A stretch of 64,000 bases of DNA from Anthoceros angustus (GCA_010909165.1 VJWM01000187.1:62001-126000), one strand, 5' to 3'; positions 1 to 13,320 are shown, numbered from the stretch's first letter. Notes: generated from the letters alone by a model not told the origin. A program made the numbers and translations.

Positions 1-3000
1 GATTTCGCACCGTATGGAATAGTGGGCGTCAGTGTAGTGAAGGTCACTCGGATACACAACCGTTTCCTCCAAGATCGACTGACCAGAACGTTTGAAAATG
101 TGAGTCGCATGACCCTTATTTTCTGTGGACAGGACAATTGAGGAATTTCAATGTCAGCACTTGCACAGATTGCTGATTAGAACTGGTTTTCCTCGATCAG
201 ATGCGACCGACCAAAAGAGTCACAGAGCATCTGTTGTACGGGGAGAGCCTACAGGCCCCTGATGAAATTCAGTGGATTATTGAAGAAGGCTTTCCGTTTC
301 AACCAGATAACCTTTGTCCCAGAGCTTCAGAGAGTGCTGTGTCGTTGTCCAACTCAATTGGTCTTGCAGACATTCACCGTTTGAAGGTACTCCTATGTTG
401 CTCGTACTCATGAACGGGTCAAGCTTCGTTAACATGGTCACAGACTTTGGGCACCGGTGTGTGCTTATTGTTTACCTTTTCTTGTCTCGTCATGACTGTT
501 TTTTTTGTTCAGCGCTCTGGTGCCTTCCTCGTTTGCAGGCACTCCCAAAACAGTTTCAGCAAACAACATTTTGGAAATCAAGAGCTACAGGCTGGCTGTT
601 GGTTGTCAAGGCTTGTCTGGGCACATCCATACAGGATTTAAATGGTCAGTGCCCCTTCTCTACAAATCGAACCTACTGATAAGTTGCCCGCTGCTTTCCA
701 GGATAAAAATGGAGGACCACTCTAATGCTGCTATCAGCTTTGATGATTGCCTCGTTTTATGTGCTGTAGATTCCGCTACAGTAAAGAAGGCAGCATTTCC
801 AAGTGCAGATTCTGTATACAGGCTCCATCCCAGGGATTCCAAGCAGAAATCTTGGTTCGTATTTGACTCAACAGTCCTAGTCCCGGAGTACCTCGTTGAG
901 TTCATGTATGAATTCGGGACTGATGTCCGAGAGCCTCAGAAGTCCGCACGACCATCAGAGACAGAAATAGATCTTTTCATCTCAGAGCGCAGCAGATGGC
1001 CTGAACAGGAGTCTCAGAGTCTGTCTGAGCAACCTCCTTTCGATAGTCTCCTTACCATTCCTCAAGCTAATCCTTCAGACTTCCGGTCATGGGTTGTTGA
1101 AACATGCACATCGCAAGGGCGAGATGAGAAGGGAGTACTACTCAAGGATGAGTACATCATGCGGAGAAACTTTGTCAAGGATATCTCCAAAATAACTCAT
1201 CTCAACTTGCACGGCGGCAGTATCATGGGTATCGAGTCTCTGAGGACCCTGACAAGCTTAAGAGTGCTAGTCTTGTCATTCAACAAGATAACCAAGATTC
1301 ATGGGCTTGAACAGCTACATTGCCTTCAAAGGTTAGACGTCAGTTTTAACCTCTTGAAGCGCATCGATGGTTTGAGTGGGCAAAGCAACCTGGAAGTGCT
1401 CGACCTCACAGGAAACGAAATTTGGAATCCGGATGATCTTGCAGTTCTGCAAGGGCAGGTAGTGGTTCTTTCTACTGGTTCCTCCCACACCATGTGTTTT
1501 GTGAAACGCCACATCTCATCGTATAACCCGTGCGCCTTGGTGTCCATCCAGTCTCTGTTCAGAGAGCAGCAGAAGCCTATCTGACCCCGATGTGGCTCCA
1601 GGTGCCCCGACTCGTGAACCTCAACTTGAGGTGTAATCCTTTGGTCGAGGAGTTTGGATATCGCACAATGGTATCGAAAGCTGTACCCTCGCTCAAGACA
1701 TTGGACTGCATCCCTGTCACACCTGGTAATACTAATTTTTCATGATGTTCTGTTTCTGTGGCATGATATAGTGAAGTGCTAGGCATGCATGCCCGCTGTC
1801 TTAACCGCAAAAGCAAGTCATCCAATAGTACTTTGATCTCAGAGACACAGGCTCTCAGCCAAAGCCCTTGAAGTTGTAAGTATAAGAACTGAGGCAACAA
1901 CCTTCCATTGGCTTGGGTGGTCCTTGAGCTGCCACTCTTCAATGCACAAGTGCTAGCTGTGGCCATATCGAGATGTGTGATAGCTTGATGACCAGGTAAG
2001 CGAGATCACCACCATGCTTCTTGTTTTTTGTGTAGAAGATCGTGATGAAGGCCTCTCCAAGAGCAACTCAACTCCTGAGGATGTTATGTCAAGCTCCATT
2101 TCGCAATGGAGTGCTATGCCACTGTCGCCTCCCTGTTCCCAGCTTGTTGGCGACAAAGGCTCGAAGAGTGATGACTTTAAAGGAATCATGAGTGTCAAGT
2201 GCACCGCAGAGAATGCTTGTAGACGTCAATCTCATGTCAGACTCAACCCTTATACTAAACTTCTGAGATTGGACATTCTGAACCCCTTCACAAAACTCTT
2301 CAAGGGATTGCAAAATCAACCTACAGCCTTGAAGGAAGACTGCATATTTTACGAAGGTGTTGAAGAAGTTCATCTTGAACATCGAAGACTCAGAACCATG
2401 CATTGCTTTGACAGGCTGCCAAACCTGAGGCGCCTATTTCTTTCTGGCAATGAGATATCGGTGATTCAGGGATTGGAAAATTGTACAATGCTGGAGGAGC
2501 TCATCCTTGACGATAACCGCATCAAGCAGGTGTCCAGAACTTCCTTGTGATTCTACCGGATAAATCACATTTTCGGGAGCTAACTGCCGCTCCCCATGTT
2601 GCTGCAATACCACGTTTCCTGTTGTCTTATTGCTTTGAATGCCGTGATCAGCTTCCTTCAACCAAGTGACCGCCTGTCTCCCTCTGACATAATTTGTTGA
2701 GTCAGCCTGAATCTGATCTCCAGTGCACTTTTACAGGTGAAGGGACTGTCTCAGCTGCAATGCCTATGGAGGCTAGATCTTGGCCGAAATCAGCTGACAT
2801 CTTGCATTCCTATAAGTAGTTGTGCATCCCTCACACAGCTGTCGGTAGAAGACAACAATATTTCCTCCCTTGAGGTAAAACTAAAGCTTGCAATGATGCT
2901 GATGTATGTGTTGACTACAGTTCTAAGCTTAATCTTTTCCGGCTGATTTCAGGGGTTGGCAAGTTTATCCTGTCTGATGGAGCTTTATGCAGCTCACAAT

Positions 3001-5107
3001 CAATTGTCCGATATACGGGAAATTTATCACATTCGTGATTTGCCTAAGCTCATGGTTATGGATTTGACCGGAAACACGCTATGCCGAGCTAATGACTATA
3101 GGACTTACACCATATTCTCTCTGAGGAAGCTCAAGGTTTGTTACTACATTTTTGTCCTGTTCTTGTTGCCTTGGTACGAGAGGAGTCACGTTATGGTTGT
3201 TTTCCTTGCACATCTATACAGCACCGTGCTGCTTGTAGGTCCTTGACGGAAAAAACGTAGACAACAGCGAGTTGGCAGAAGCCCGAAATAAATATCTTGG
3301 GCGCTTAACTCGTGATGTTTTAGAGGAATGCCTTGGCCATAGCCAATTCTCTCACATGAAGGTATTCAACGTTGAAGTTGTCAACAAATATTCTAAGCTC
3401 GGTGGGAGCTGTTATACAGGTTTCTGATTCCACTTCATGCTTCTATGTTGCAGAAAATGGACCTCTCTAGCCAAAGTTTGAGGCACTGTGGCGATGTTTT
3501 CAGGATGAAGGAGTTGCAGGGCCTCATGGAGCTTAATTTGAACAATAATTTGTTCACTTCTCTGCAAGGTTTAAGGTATGCGTGAATGCTTAGCTAACAC
3601 TTGATAAGAAAGACGGTCCTTGATTCACTTGATTGTTGCGTGTGTATCGTTGACTGGGATTTTGATATCATGTAGGTACTTGAGGAAGCTTGCTATTCTG
3701 CGACTTGACAATAACAAATTTGAAAATGGGCCTATTGTTGAGGAATCGCCTCCAAGCCTTGCTAGTGACGGGAGAAACTCTGTCATGGAGTGTTCTGAAC
3801 CACCAAGCATGGAGGTCGAAGTCCTCGAACTTGCAGGAAATAACATCAGCAGTATTACTTCCTTATGCTTGGGTCAGACATTTCCCAAGTTGAAGCTGCT
3901 CTCTCTCCAGTATAATCGGATTGGAAAGGTGAGCACGTCTGATGGCTCCTGATCAAGTATACTCAGTTGGGATAAAACGTAGAAACAAAGCACCAAACGG
4001 GGTTCTACGGTGCGGTGTTCAGTACAGGTCCTTCACTTTAGGGGGTAATCTTGTGTTTTGTTTGTGAAGGTGGATGGCCTAGAAGGCATGGGAAAGCTGG
4101 AGAAGCTGCTGATCGGTCACAACAACATAAAAGAGCTCGATCCTTCCTCCTTTGTTGGGCTTACCAGCCTCAAGAATCTGCACATGGGGGACAACACACT
4201 GCGAACATTGGCTCATATTGGAAACTTACCGTCCCTGCAAACACTGGACGTGTCGTCCAATTTTCTCACATCCAACCGTTTTGGTTGTCTGTCAAGCATT
4301 GATAATCTGGCTTTTCTGCCAGGGCTAGTTGAGCTCACGCTAACTAATAATCCAGTAAGTGGAATGATCTGTCTTCCTCTCTTCAGCTTTTCACATGCAG
4401 TAAATATGGTAGATGCATACTGATTCTCCTCAACCCAGCCTCAACTGTATCTGATGAGAATGAGTGCAATCAGATGACTCGTCAACATCTATATCGCACG
4501 GCAGTGATCAGCAAACTGACACAATTGAAAGTATTGGATGCTAAGGAGATTACCCAGGTTGGATTTGAACCCCGGTCCTAATTCCTTTCCTTGTGACCCC
4601 AAGTCATCCTAACTTTCCAGCTTTGACGTTACTCAGGAGGAGAGGTTGGAGGCCGAACAGTTCTTAGCAGGGAAGGAGGGACCTGCAAGCGCATCCGATA
4701 TAAACAGTATGCTGGATCACCAGTCAAGCAACGGCCACGTGGGAATCCACAATGGGCAAACAAAAGTGCCACTCAAAGTAACATCCCTGGATTTCGAGGC
4801 TATGTGCACGCAAATTCTGCCACCCTCTCCACAAAATCTAGGCTATCTGAGTGGAGCGAAGGGACTTCATGTTGGCACCACCGTGACTCAAAATGGTCAG
4901 ATTGGGCCTCCAAAGCCCTGGGAACCGGGAGACGTAAAGCAGACAAGCAGTCACCTTATACAGTCTTATTTTAGGAGCAGATTGCGGGGGGAGCAAAAGG
5001 TTATTGTTCTTCCTCTCGATGTGTTGATGATAAGAAACAGCAATGCCAAGGATCGGACCATTTCGATGTATGAGACCTGTGCTAAACAACAACCTCAACA
5101 ACAATGA
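1..5107 (+). CDS. LRRC9: Leucine-rich repeat-containing protein 9-like (ciliary/axonemal LRR protein), multi-exon, 5' end outside the window
   Basis: Exon fragments read DFAPYGIVGVSVVKVTRIHNRFL (1-99, then gtgagt donor), EHLLYGESLQ, VPEYLVEFMYEF, many SDS22-like LRRs (LRVLVLSFNKITKIHGL, LRRLFLSGNEISVIQGL, LEKLLIGHNNIKEL) and LRRcap-like YRT.VI..L..L..LD segments. Introns are GT-AG and ~80-130 bp. Last exon ends at TGA 5107. Exon boundaries are not all resolved. Confidence 0.75.
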
Positions 5108-5930
5108 CATTTGCACCAGTGAGTACAGGTCTGCCTCCAGGTCCTAGCAAATACTTGGAGTATTCTCTTGGAGCTGGCCTTGTCTCTCAGGGCTGGTTTA
5201 TGGATTGCGGATGTGCTACTAGACAGCCAGTCTTACAGACTCAGCTGAATTCAGCTCAACATTCTTTTTAGTTCCCTTCGTTTCAGTTTCCTTTTTGTTT
5301 TCCGTGGACTGTTACAGCCAGGACTTTCCAGGTGGGAAAATGGTCAGTCTCTATTCAAAATGTTGTCCAGGTGGGCGATAGATTTTTTCGAGGTAAGTTG
5401 AGCATGAGAAACCGCGGTTCCCTAGCCTTGCGCTGGTTGATTATGCGAATGTAGCTTCCCTCTAGTTGGGCATTAGTTCCAGCTATATACGTGTCATATC
5501 CTAGGGATGGATGTACAAATTTGTTTGCTTCGTTCTTAACAAACTACTGCTTGAGACTTTGGCACAACAGGGCAGCAACTCGTTGCAGGTAATATGCTTC
5601 TCGTCACTTGGTACAAAAAACAGTGTGATCTAGCAAGAGACTCTTTAATATATTTTCTCGCGATTGTTTGACAAGAAAGTGCTAAAAATGGTGTCAAAAT
5701 TGTTGCTATCACAGATCCTGCTTACGGCAGGAGATCTGAGAACCTGTCTCAAGAGAGGATATTATTCATGTCGCCCAACTCCCCGCTGAGAGGTAATTAC
5801 ATCCACGTTCATACTGCTTGAAGTGCAAGGCCCCGGTTTTTCAAAGAGGCGAAGCTTGTTGGGAATGATGAGACAAAAACTCTAGGCCCATCGCGCTGCG
5901 TAGTATATAGATGAAGGATTGGATCTGCAG

Positions 5931-7460
5931 TCACATGTCCCTCGTTTGATGATCGTACAGAATAACACTCCTGTATTCGTCGGTGTCAATCTGTTAAGAA
6001 GCAAGCTTTTTGTCAAATTCGATCTGTCCTCGAGCTTACATACGAAACTAGGTGCGACAGCCAAGAGCCTAACAGTAGGCACGGTGTGCTCACCTCTATC
6101 CGGGTGGTCAAATCCCCAGGAGGTGAACTTGGATTGACCTACGCCAAGGCAGAGTTTAGGATCAGACCTAGTGATAGCTGCAATCTGTCAATCCTGCAAG
6201 TAAGCTGCTGTACCTTAGCAAAGCTGGAAAAGTGGAGGAACTCACATTGATGATCTTGCGGTCTATCTTGTTCTTGAATTGGAGCCCAGCGTCACTTTCA
6301 GCAATCACCTGAGAGTGTAAGCACGGCATGTCAGCTGTTTTCAAACAACCATGCACATATGTGAACCTCATCTTATGATAGCCCGCAATCCTGAGCCAAA
6401 CCTGAAAATTTGAAGATGATGATGATAATGCGACCTTCGTCTTCCTGCGCGACAGATCCTCACTAAGTGCAACTGACCAGTGCCAAAGACCGTTCTCTCA
6501 CTGACATGAGCCATTTGGTTACCAGTTGTAGTAAGAGAGGTCGTAAGGCTTCGGAAGAAGCCGTTTCTTCCTCAAAAACAATGGCTCCAAGTCTTCTGAT
6601 TTCAAACGCTCTCCATAGTCTATGTACCCTGACACCTGGTAGTCCAGTTACTTGTTGGGATCCTAAGCGTCTACGTGAAAGTTTCATTTGCTCATGAGAA
6701 GCAGCTCACCTCGTGTCCTCGCGGATGCACATCCCTTACAAAAATGATTGTCTGATTCGAGTTAAGCAAATCTTCACAGCGAGCTCGCGACACCTTGTAA
6801 ATCAGAAGCTGCTAGAAGGTAAAGGATACTGCCAATTTTCCATCACGACACAACACCTCTCTTTCAGCCAATGCCTGCCGTCGGAACAGGAATGCAGCAA
6901 TTTCCGCGTAAGTTAGGCCTCTGACTGCTGAACCATTTGATGTACGAAACCCGTGAAAGACATGTCAAACCTTCAAAAAGGGCGAGTCGTCTAGGTCCTT
7001 CCCTTCACTAAACACTTTCTTCGGCGCTTTTCTCAAAGCCTGCATAACAAACCAGAAATGCTATCAGCAGCAAACACGATGTTGCCTGCCTGATGTCTCG
7101 CTATATAGATACAGATGCCATTGACCTGAATACGGGCAAGCTCTGCTGCATCCTTCAAACTCTTGAATTCCTCTCGAGACAGAATTTCCGCATTACCTCG
7201 GTACCTGTTGAAATCAATTGATTACGGAGAAGTACGAATCAAGATTGAATATCTTCACTAAAGAGTGAACCAAGCAATCAGCAAACCACTCTCCGCGGAG
7301 ATCAGAAACTATAGCATGATAAAAAACCGGTCAAAGTGAATGCATGCATTCATTGAAAGAAATTTCTCACCCGTGTTCAACCAGCTGTCTAGCCAGGTCC
7401 GTGTCTTCCAGGTAGTAGAGGTCTAGCGGTGTGATCTGCGCGTCCAAGTAGTCCTCATAC
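5931..7460 (-). CDS. CFAP299: Cilia- and flagella-associated protein 299 (DUF4464 family), multi-exon; first exon not located
   Basis: Minus-strand exons translate to [138 protein letters not shown] (stop at 5931-5933). This matches the CFAP299 motif order as I recall it. It is missed by the ORF track because the exons are short. Confidence 0.85.
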
Positions 7461-9492
7461 CTGAAAAAGGAGCAGAATTCTTCTTACGCAATACTAGGGT
7501 CGCCAACTCCCCGGAATCACATAGAGCAATGATATAAGCAGGAGAGGCACAGTCCTCGTCCTTAGGCTCTGAATCTTGCGAACTATCTGAAGTACAGCCA
7601 TAACTCGGATGAGTAGTTGTGAATTACGTTCCATAACCGGAGATGGATTCGCCTGGAGAAGGTGCAAGAGGCACAGCAGCTGCACTTCCGCGCTTTGTAG
7701 GGACAGGAGTCTTGGTCTTCATGGCATAATCGCAGCTACGCCTTCCTGTCAAGCTATCTGCATGAACGTCCTCCGAAACATTTCAGGTGGCCATTCCATA
7801 AAGCCGCATGACAAAATGTTTCCAAATTGATCCCTCTCCACGTCGCTAGCAGTTGCCCCACTCATTGCATTTTCCGGAAGACAACAGATCTGACCTCGGC
7901 AACCATTTCTAAAGCTTCCTCTGGAGCCGCAAAATCCAACCTCAGAGCACTGGTTCCTCGGGCCGTCACGGTGGCGGGCTTACGCTGCAGTCCTATTAGC
8001 ACAAATGCATCTGAAGGAACACTGGAGAAATCTCCGTCTTTGCGTTCGCGAATCATCGTAATCTGCGGGCGCTGGCAATGCTGCCAATGGCGTCTAGATT
8101 CGCCGTTATAGTTTCGCCGAGTTCACATGAACGGAGTTTCACGGGATTCACGGGAAGGGCGAACCGCCTCCCCTCAACGACTTCACGTTTCGCTAGGTGT
8201 AAACCGCGGGAACCACCTGTCGGGTTATTAATCCACCTATGTACGTAGCTAATAATGAACGCTTTATTGCATACATACGCAAAACCCTACACAAGGCTTT
8301 CTTTAGGGCTTTCTTTAGGGCTTTCTTTAGGGCTTTATAGTGTGATACCCTCTGCGGTTCCATCAATCTTCCGACCACTATCGCGATGGTTCCCACCTAG
8401 TGTCGGGCCTCGGCTCCCAGTGAGCGTTCATTCATCTTGGGCGAGTTTGCCTGGTTGATGCATGTTCAGGCTTGTGTCGCTTGGCATTTGCAGTGGTCGC
8501 CTGAGGTTTTTCTGCGGGAGGACTGATGCCGTCTCAGCCTTTCGTCCATACCTGAGGAAAAGCCCCTTGTATCGTCTGCTGTCTGGCAGGTTGTTAGCTG
8601 CGCATGTCGTGCCATGTAGGGTTTGGTGCCTGAGGGCTGCTGGTGTCCCTTGGCCGGCCTGTGTGTGAGTGAGAGCTGTTAGTGAGCTGGAGAGGTTGCC
8701 ATGGATGACGAAAAAGCGGATTTCTGTGAAGCCTTTCAGGCTTGGGAGCATCCATGTTACACACGCTGAGGCAATTCGGTTTACGTCAGTCTAGGTTGTT
8801 GGCTGTGGTGTTTGCGGCGTCGTAGTTTTGGGGTTTTAGGTTAGGGCCCTGCCGTTGGCCTTGATACTTGACGCCTTCACCGTTCCACATTTTCGGATGA
8901 TGAATCTTACCGCTGATTCTCATATGATGTTGAATCGTAGTATACTCTAATTTTTTGCTGACGAGATGTGGAGCCCGTACAAAGAGAGAGTCCAGGTCTT
9001 CGATCGCCGGAGTTCGGTGCATGATCTCTCTAGTTAGAGGAGAGTGAGGACTTGGATGGCCGGAACTGGGTGTTTTCCCAGTTAGCTACCCTAATTGGTC
9101 ATGCACAACATCCACCGAGTTCCCGAGATTGAAGACCTTATTTTGTAGCTTGGGCTTTTCTCGATTGCTGTACGTCCCTTTCCTCACGCTTTAACTTTGG
9201 CTTCTCCTCACACCGATTGAAGACCTCACTCCCTAGCTTTGCCTTCTCTCAAATTTAGCTCAGCCCTTTCCCCACGCTGTAACTTTGTCTCTTCCTCCTC
9301 GACTTTTCTTACTCCTCCGCTTCTATGAGCTTTTCTGTGAACCATTGCACGATATGGCTCAAGCATCGCGAAGCTGGCTCGTCCTCAGCGATTCTTGAGC
9401 CATGTCGTGCAGTATCTTCCTTTGGGTTAGATTGGAACTGGACCTCTAACTTAAACCCTACTTTGGACAGTATTTGGGGGTTTTGTATTCTC

Positions 9493-12400
9493 TCAACAAT
9501 ACTGCCTGTTGCCTTGCAACAAATTCAGTGCAGAGGTTGAAGCACCTTCATACCATGCTCGTTTGCTCCGAAGACTAGCCCGCGGGCTGAAGAAAGGGTT
9601 GTTGGTACACCAACCGGTAGATTCTTCACGATGACTCTGGGATTCCCTGGTGTTGTTGACAGTAAATCCTATTCCCAGGTTCACGATTTGCCCATTTAGA
9701 TGATCTTCCGTTGTATCATCACAAATGTCTGCCTGTGAAGAGGCCAGATGTGGCACATATCCTTCTTTCTCCATTTGTGGAAATGCATGTGCCAGCATTG
9801 TGGTACTCTGGGGCTGCTTCTCATCCCCAACTGAAAATGTATGCACTTGTCCGTCCATGTCTGCCCACAAGCTTTGACCCGGCTGCTTCCATGCTCCGGT
9901 TTTCACTCTCCTGGCCTGCATCTTGTGTGCCTGCTCCCACATCTCGGCACTGGTGTATATGTGTGACATCAAAACATATGCTGAGGCGTCTTTCTCGTCT
10001 AGCTTCACTGCTTGGTCGAAAGCATGGCATCCCACCTCCACGTTGTTCCACTTCCGACAGGCACCCAGCAGCGTGTGCCAAACTGCAGCATTAGGCAGCA
10101 CAGGCATTCTCCTGACCAAAGCAAGAGCCTCTTCTAGTCGGCCGGCACGGCCCAGGAGATCCACCATGCATGTGTGATGCTCCAATGTGGGAGTGATGCC
10201 GTAGTGCTTGCTCATAGCCTCGAAGTAACCTCTTCCCTTGTTCACTAGACCCGCATGACTGCACACTGTTAGAACGCTGAGCAATGTGATGCCCACTGGC
10301 TGTACCCCATCGTCTTTCATCCTCTGAACCAAGTCGAACACCACTTCGCTGTCTCCTTGGCAGGTGTAGCCTGCAATGAGGGAATTCCAAGCAACAAGGT
10401 CTGGGTCCGGCAATGTATCAAACACCTGCTGTGCATCAACCATGCTCCCGGACTTCCCATACATGTTTATCAAACTGCTGGCTACAAACACATCAGCTTG
10501 AAGTCCTTGTTCCTCAATCTGGGCATGGAGCTGTCTTCCCAGATGCAAGGCTGCAACATTTGCACATGCCTGCAGGAGGTAGACAAATGTCATGGGATCA
10601 GGTACAGCAATGCCTTCTTCTTGCATAGCACTGTAGCGACGAAGGGCTTCATGGCCCATGCCCTGCTGGGAATACCCTGCTATTAGAGCAGTCCAGGTGA
10701 CCACGTCCTTTTGGGTGAGCCCGTTAAACACCCTCTGAGCATCTTCGAGGCTTCCACACTTTGCATACATGTTCACCAAACTATTGGCGACAAACACATC
10801 CGCTTGCTGTCCGTGTTCCCTGACTTCTGCATGAAGCTGCTTCCCCTTCTCCAAAGCTGCGGTTCCCACACTTGCACAGGCATGCAGAAGACACACAAAT
10901 GTAACAGGAACCGGGACGGCGATGCCGTCTTCCTGCATAATATTGTAGAGATCGAGGGCTTTCTGGCCCATGCCCTGCTGGGAATAACCAGCTATCATGG
11001 CATTCCATGTCACAACATCCTTCTGGCCAAGTCCGTCAAACATGCTCTGCGCGTCTTCCAAGCTGCCACACTTTGCATACATGTTCACCAAACTATTGGC
11101 CACAAACACATCACCTTGGTGTCCCCGTTCCTTGATTTGTGCATGAAGCTGCTTCCCTTTCTCCAAGGCCGCAGTGCCAACACTTGCACATGCCTGCAGA
11201 AGGCACACGAATGTCACTGAATCGGGCACAGCGATGCCTTCTTCCTGCATGGCAGTGAAGAGACGAAGGGCTTCCTGTCCCATGCCCTGCTGGGAGTACC
11301 CTGCTATCATGGCATTCCAAGTCACCACATCCTTCCGACTGAGCCCGTTAAACACTCCCTGTGCATCTTCCAAACTGCCACACTTTGCATACATGTTTAC
11401 CAAGCTGTTGGCTACAAACACATCAGCTTGACGTCCTCTTTCCCTGATCTTCATATGAAGCTGCTTCCCCTTGTCCAATGCCGGCTTGCCCACACTTGCA
11501 CATGCCTGCAGGAGGCACACAAACGTCACGGAATCAGGAACAGCGATGCCTTCTTCCTCCATAGCACTGTACAGACGAAGCGCTTCCCCACCCATACCCT
11601 GCTGGGAGTATCCTGCTATCATGGCATTCCATGTTACCACATCCTTCTCACCAAGCCCGTCGAACACTCTTTGAGCGTCTTCCAAGCTGCCACATTTTGC
11701 ATACATGTCCACCAAGCCACTACAAACAAAGGCATCCGGCTCCACCTCACTCGCCAATACATCAGCATGCACTTCCTGCCCAGTTTTCATGTCCGCTCCC
11801 CTTGCACAAGCCTGCAGGGCTGCCACAAAGACATGCCCATCAGGTTTTACACTGGACCTCCGCATCCGGTGGTACAGTTCTATGGCCTGCTTGTCTTGCC
11901 CGTGTTTAACATGGGCAGAGATGATGGCAGACCACGTGAAGGCATCCGGCTTATCCACCACTTCGAACACATCCATTGCATCCTGCAACCTGCCATGAGA
12001 AGCATACATTCGCAGGATAAGGGTGCCCAGGAAAGTGTCCGACTGATACCCATTTTTCACCATGAAAGCATGAACTCGGCAACCGAGAACAAGATCCTTC
12101 TGGACTACACATTTCTTCAGCACAGAGTTGAAAACAGACTTGGAAATGCAACAGTCTGTCTGCACCAGGACTCCCAGAGCCTCAACAGCCTCGACCAGCT
12201 GCCCCTGCTGACAGAGCTTCCCCACGGTCTCCACCGTCACGTCCCTATCGTAGCCTGCAGGCCTGCGAGGATAAGGATCACCTGGTAATGTCCAGTCCAG
12301 ATTAGCAACCTGGGCACCCACCCAATCTCCCTTGAAGAAGCTGTTCAACCAGAGGACATCCTGGGACTGCTTGTGCTGGACATGAGCACGGACAGGGATT

Positions 12401-12585
12401 GTTGCCGAAATGCTGCACCTCCCGACTTGCTTGTGCGGCAATGCTTGATTGCTTGAAGTCAGGCGGGCGGGAACTTTTCCCAAATTTGCCACGCATCCAG
12501 CAATTTGCTGGGTCCACGAAACCTGCCCCATGAACTGATCATGTTGCCCTTGGCGTGACTGCAATGCATTGCTCCAGGCAGCCAT
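9493..12585 (-). CDS. PLS-class PPR protein, E1/E2 plus degenerate DYW:WW-type domain (organellar RNA-editing factor family)
   Basis: Uninterrupted 1030-aa ORF with repeated P-L-S triplets, P2L2S2 ([15 protein letters not shown]), E motifs and WKQPGQSLW box. The deaminase core is degenerate: no HxE or CxxC, and VIVKNL appears only in a shifted frame. Confidence 0.9.
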   Translation of the reverse strand: MAAWSNALQSRQGQHDQFMGQVSWTQQIAGCVANLGKVPARLTSSNQALPHKQVGRCSISATIPVRAHVQHKQSQDVLWLNSFFKGDWVGAQVANLDWTLPGDPYPRRPAGYDRDVTVETVGKLCQQGQLVEAVEALGVLVQTDCCISKSVFNSVLKKCVVQKDLVLGCRVHAFMVKNGYQSDTFLGTLILRMYASHGRLQDAMDVFEVVDKPDAFTWSAIISAHVKHGQDKQAIELYHRMRRSSVKPDGHVFVAALQACARGADMKTGQEVHADVLASEVEPDAFVCSGLVDMYAKCGSLEDAQRVFDGLGEKDVVTWNAMIAGYSQQGMGGEALRLYSAMEEEGIAVPDSVTFVCLLQACASVGKPALDKGKQLHMKIRERGRQADVFVANSLVNMYAKCGSLEDAQGVFNGLSRKDVVTWNAMIAGYSQQGMGQEALRLFTAMQEEGIAVPDSVTFVCLLQACASVGTAALEKGKQLHAQIKERGHQGDVFVANSLVNMYAKCGSLEDAQSMFDGLGQKDVVTWNAMIAGYSQQGMGQKALDLYNIMQEDGIAVPVPVTFVCLLHACASVGTAALEKGKQLHAEVREHGQQADVFVANSLVNMYAKCGSLEDAQRVFNGLTQKDVVTWTALIAGYSQQGMGHEALRRYSAMQEEGIAVPDPMTFVYLLQACANVAALHLGRQLHAQIEEQGLQADVFVASSLINMYGKSGSMVDAQQVFDTLPDPDLVAWNSLIAGYTCQGDSEVVFDLVQRMKDDGVQPVGITLLSVLTVCSHAGLVNKGRGYFEAMSKHYGITPTLEHHTCMVDLLGRAGRLEEALALVRRMPVLPNAAVWHTLLGACRKWNNVEVGCHAFDQAVKLDEKDASAYVLMSHIYTSAEMWEQAHKMQARRVKTGAWKQPGQSLWADMDGQVHTFSVGDEKQPQSTTMLAHAFPQMEKEGYVPHLASSQADICDDTTEDHLNGQIVNLGIGFTVNNTRESQSHREESTGWCTNNPFFSPRASLRSKRAWYEGASTSALNLLQGNRQYC

Positions 12586-12867
12586 GGCTCGCAGGAGCCT
12601 ATGGATGCAAGACGCATCAATTCGCCATCACGAGATATAATCAAGCTAGAGTCCTTCCCGGAAACGATTTGTTTCCATTTTGGCATTTTATCGGACCTTT
12701 TTCATTCCAAACTACGGGTATCATTCATTCACATTGCAATCCAAACCGAGGCACTTTCAAGAGGTGCCTCTCGCCGGGCCGTGCTGGGAGTATGTTGGGG
12801 CTGCTCGTGCTGGGGAGTACGATAGGGCTGTCCCTTCTGTCTGGACAAGGTGGGAGGTGCGCATCAA

Positions 12868-13027
12868 GAGGTCCTCTTGCTGGGCCGTGTTAGGGAGTAT
12901 GCTAAGGCTGTGCGTGCTGGGAGGTCCTCTTGCTGGGCCGTGTTAGGGAGTATGCTAAGGCTGTGCGTGCTGGGACGTCCTCTTGCTAGGCCGTGTAAGG
13001 GAGTATCCTAAGGCTGTGCGTGCTGGG
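12868..13027. repeat. 53-bp minisatellite, 3 copies plus a degenerate copy at ~12758-12830
   Basis: Unit gaggtcctcttgctgggccgtgttagggagtatgctaaggctgtgcgtgctgg starts at 12868, 12921 and 12974. Confidence 0.9.
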
Positions 13028-13035
13028 AGTAATAG

Positions 13036-13320
13036 GACGTTGAGGAATGTGATGCCAACTGGCGGTATGCCATCCCTTTTCATTGTATGGACAAGGTCGA
13101 ACACCACTTCACTATGTCCTCGACAGGAGTACCCTGCAATCAGTGAATTCCATGCTACCAGGTGCCTTTTGGGCAATGCATCAAACACTTCTTGAGCATC
13201 AACCATGCACCCACATTTTCTATATATGTTTATCAAAATGTTGGCTACAAACTCATCAGCTTGAACCCCTTGTTCTTCGATCTGCGCATGTGTTGCCGTC
13301 CCAAATGCAAAGCTGGACAG
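13036..13320 (-). pseudogene. Isolated PPR fragment (S1-P2-start of L2)
   Basis: Reads INIYRKCGCMVDAQEVFDALPKRHLVAWNSLIAGYSCRGHSEVVFDLV. It is nearly identical to ~16480-16740 of the neighbouring PPR gene and truncated on both sides. Confidence 0.85.

Noticed and set aside
7461-7520. GDPSIA segment as the first exon of CFAP299
   Set aside because: It would need a 27-nt intron or read-through of a TAA; the real upstream exon could not be determined.
8295-8336. Telomeric repeat (TTTAGGG) tract
   Set aside because: Only three 12-bp units, each containing one TTTAGGG; a short local tandem repeat, not a telomere array.
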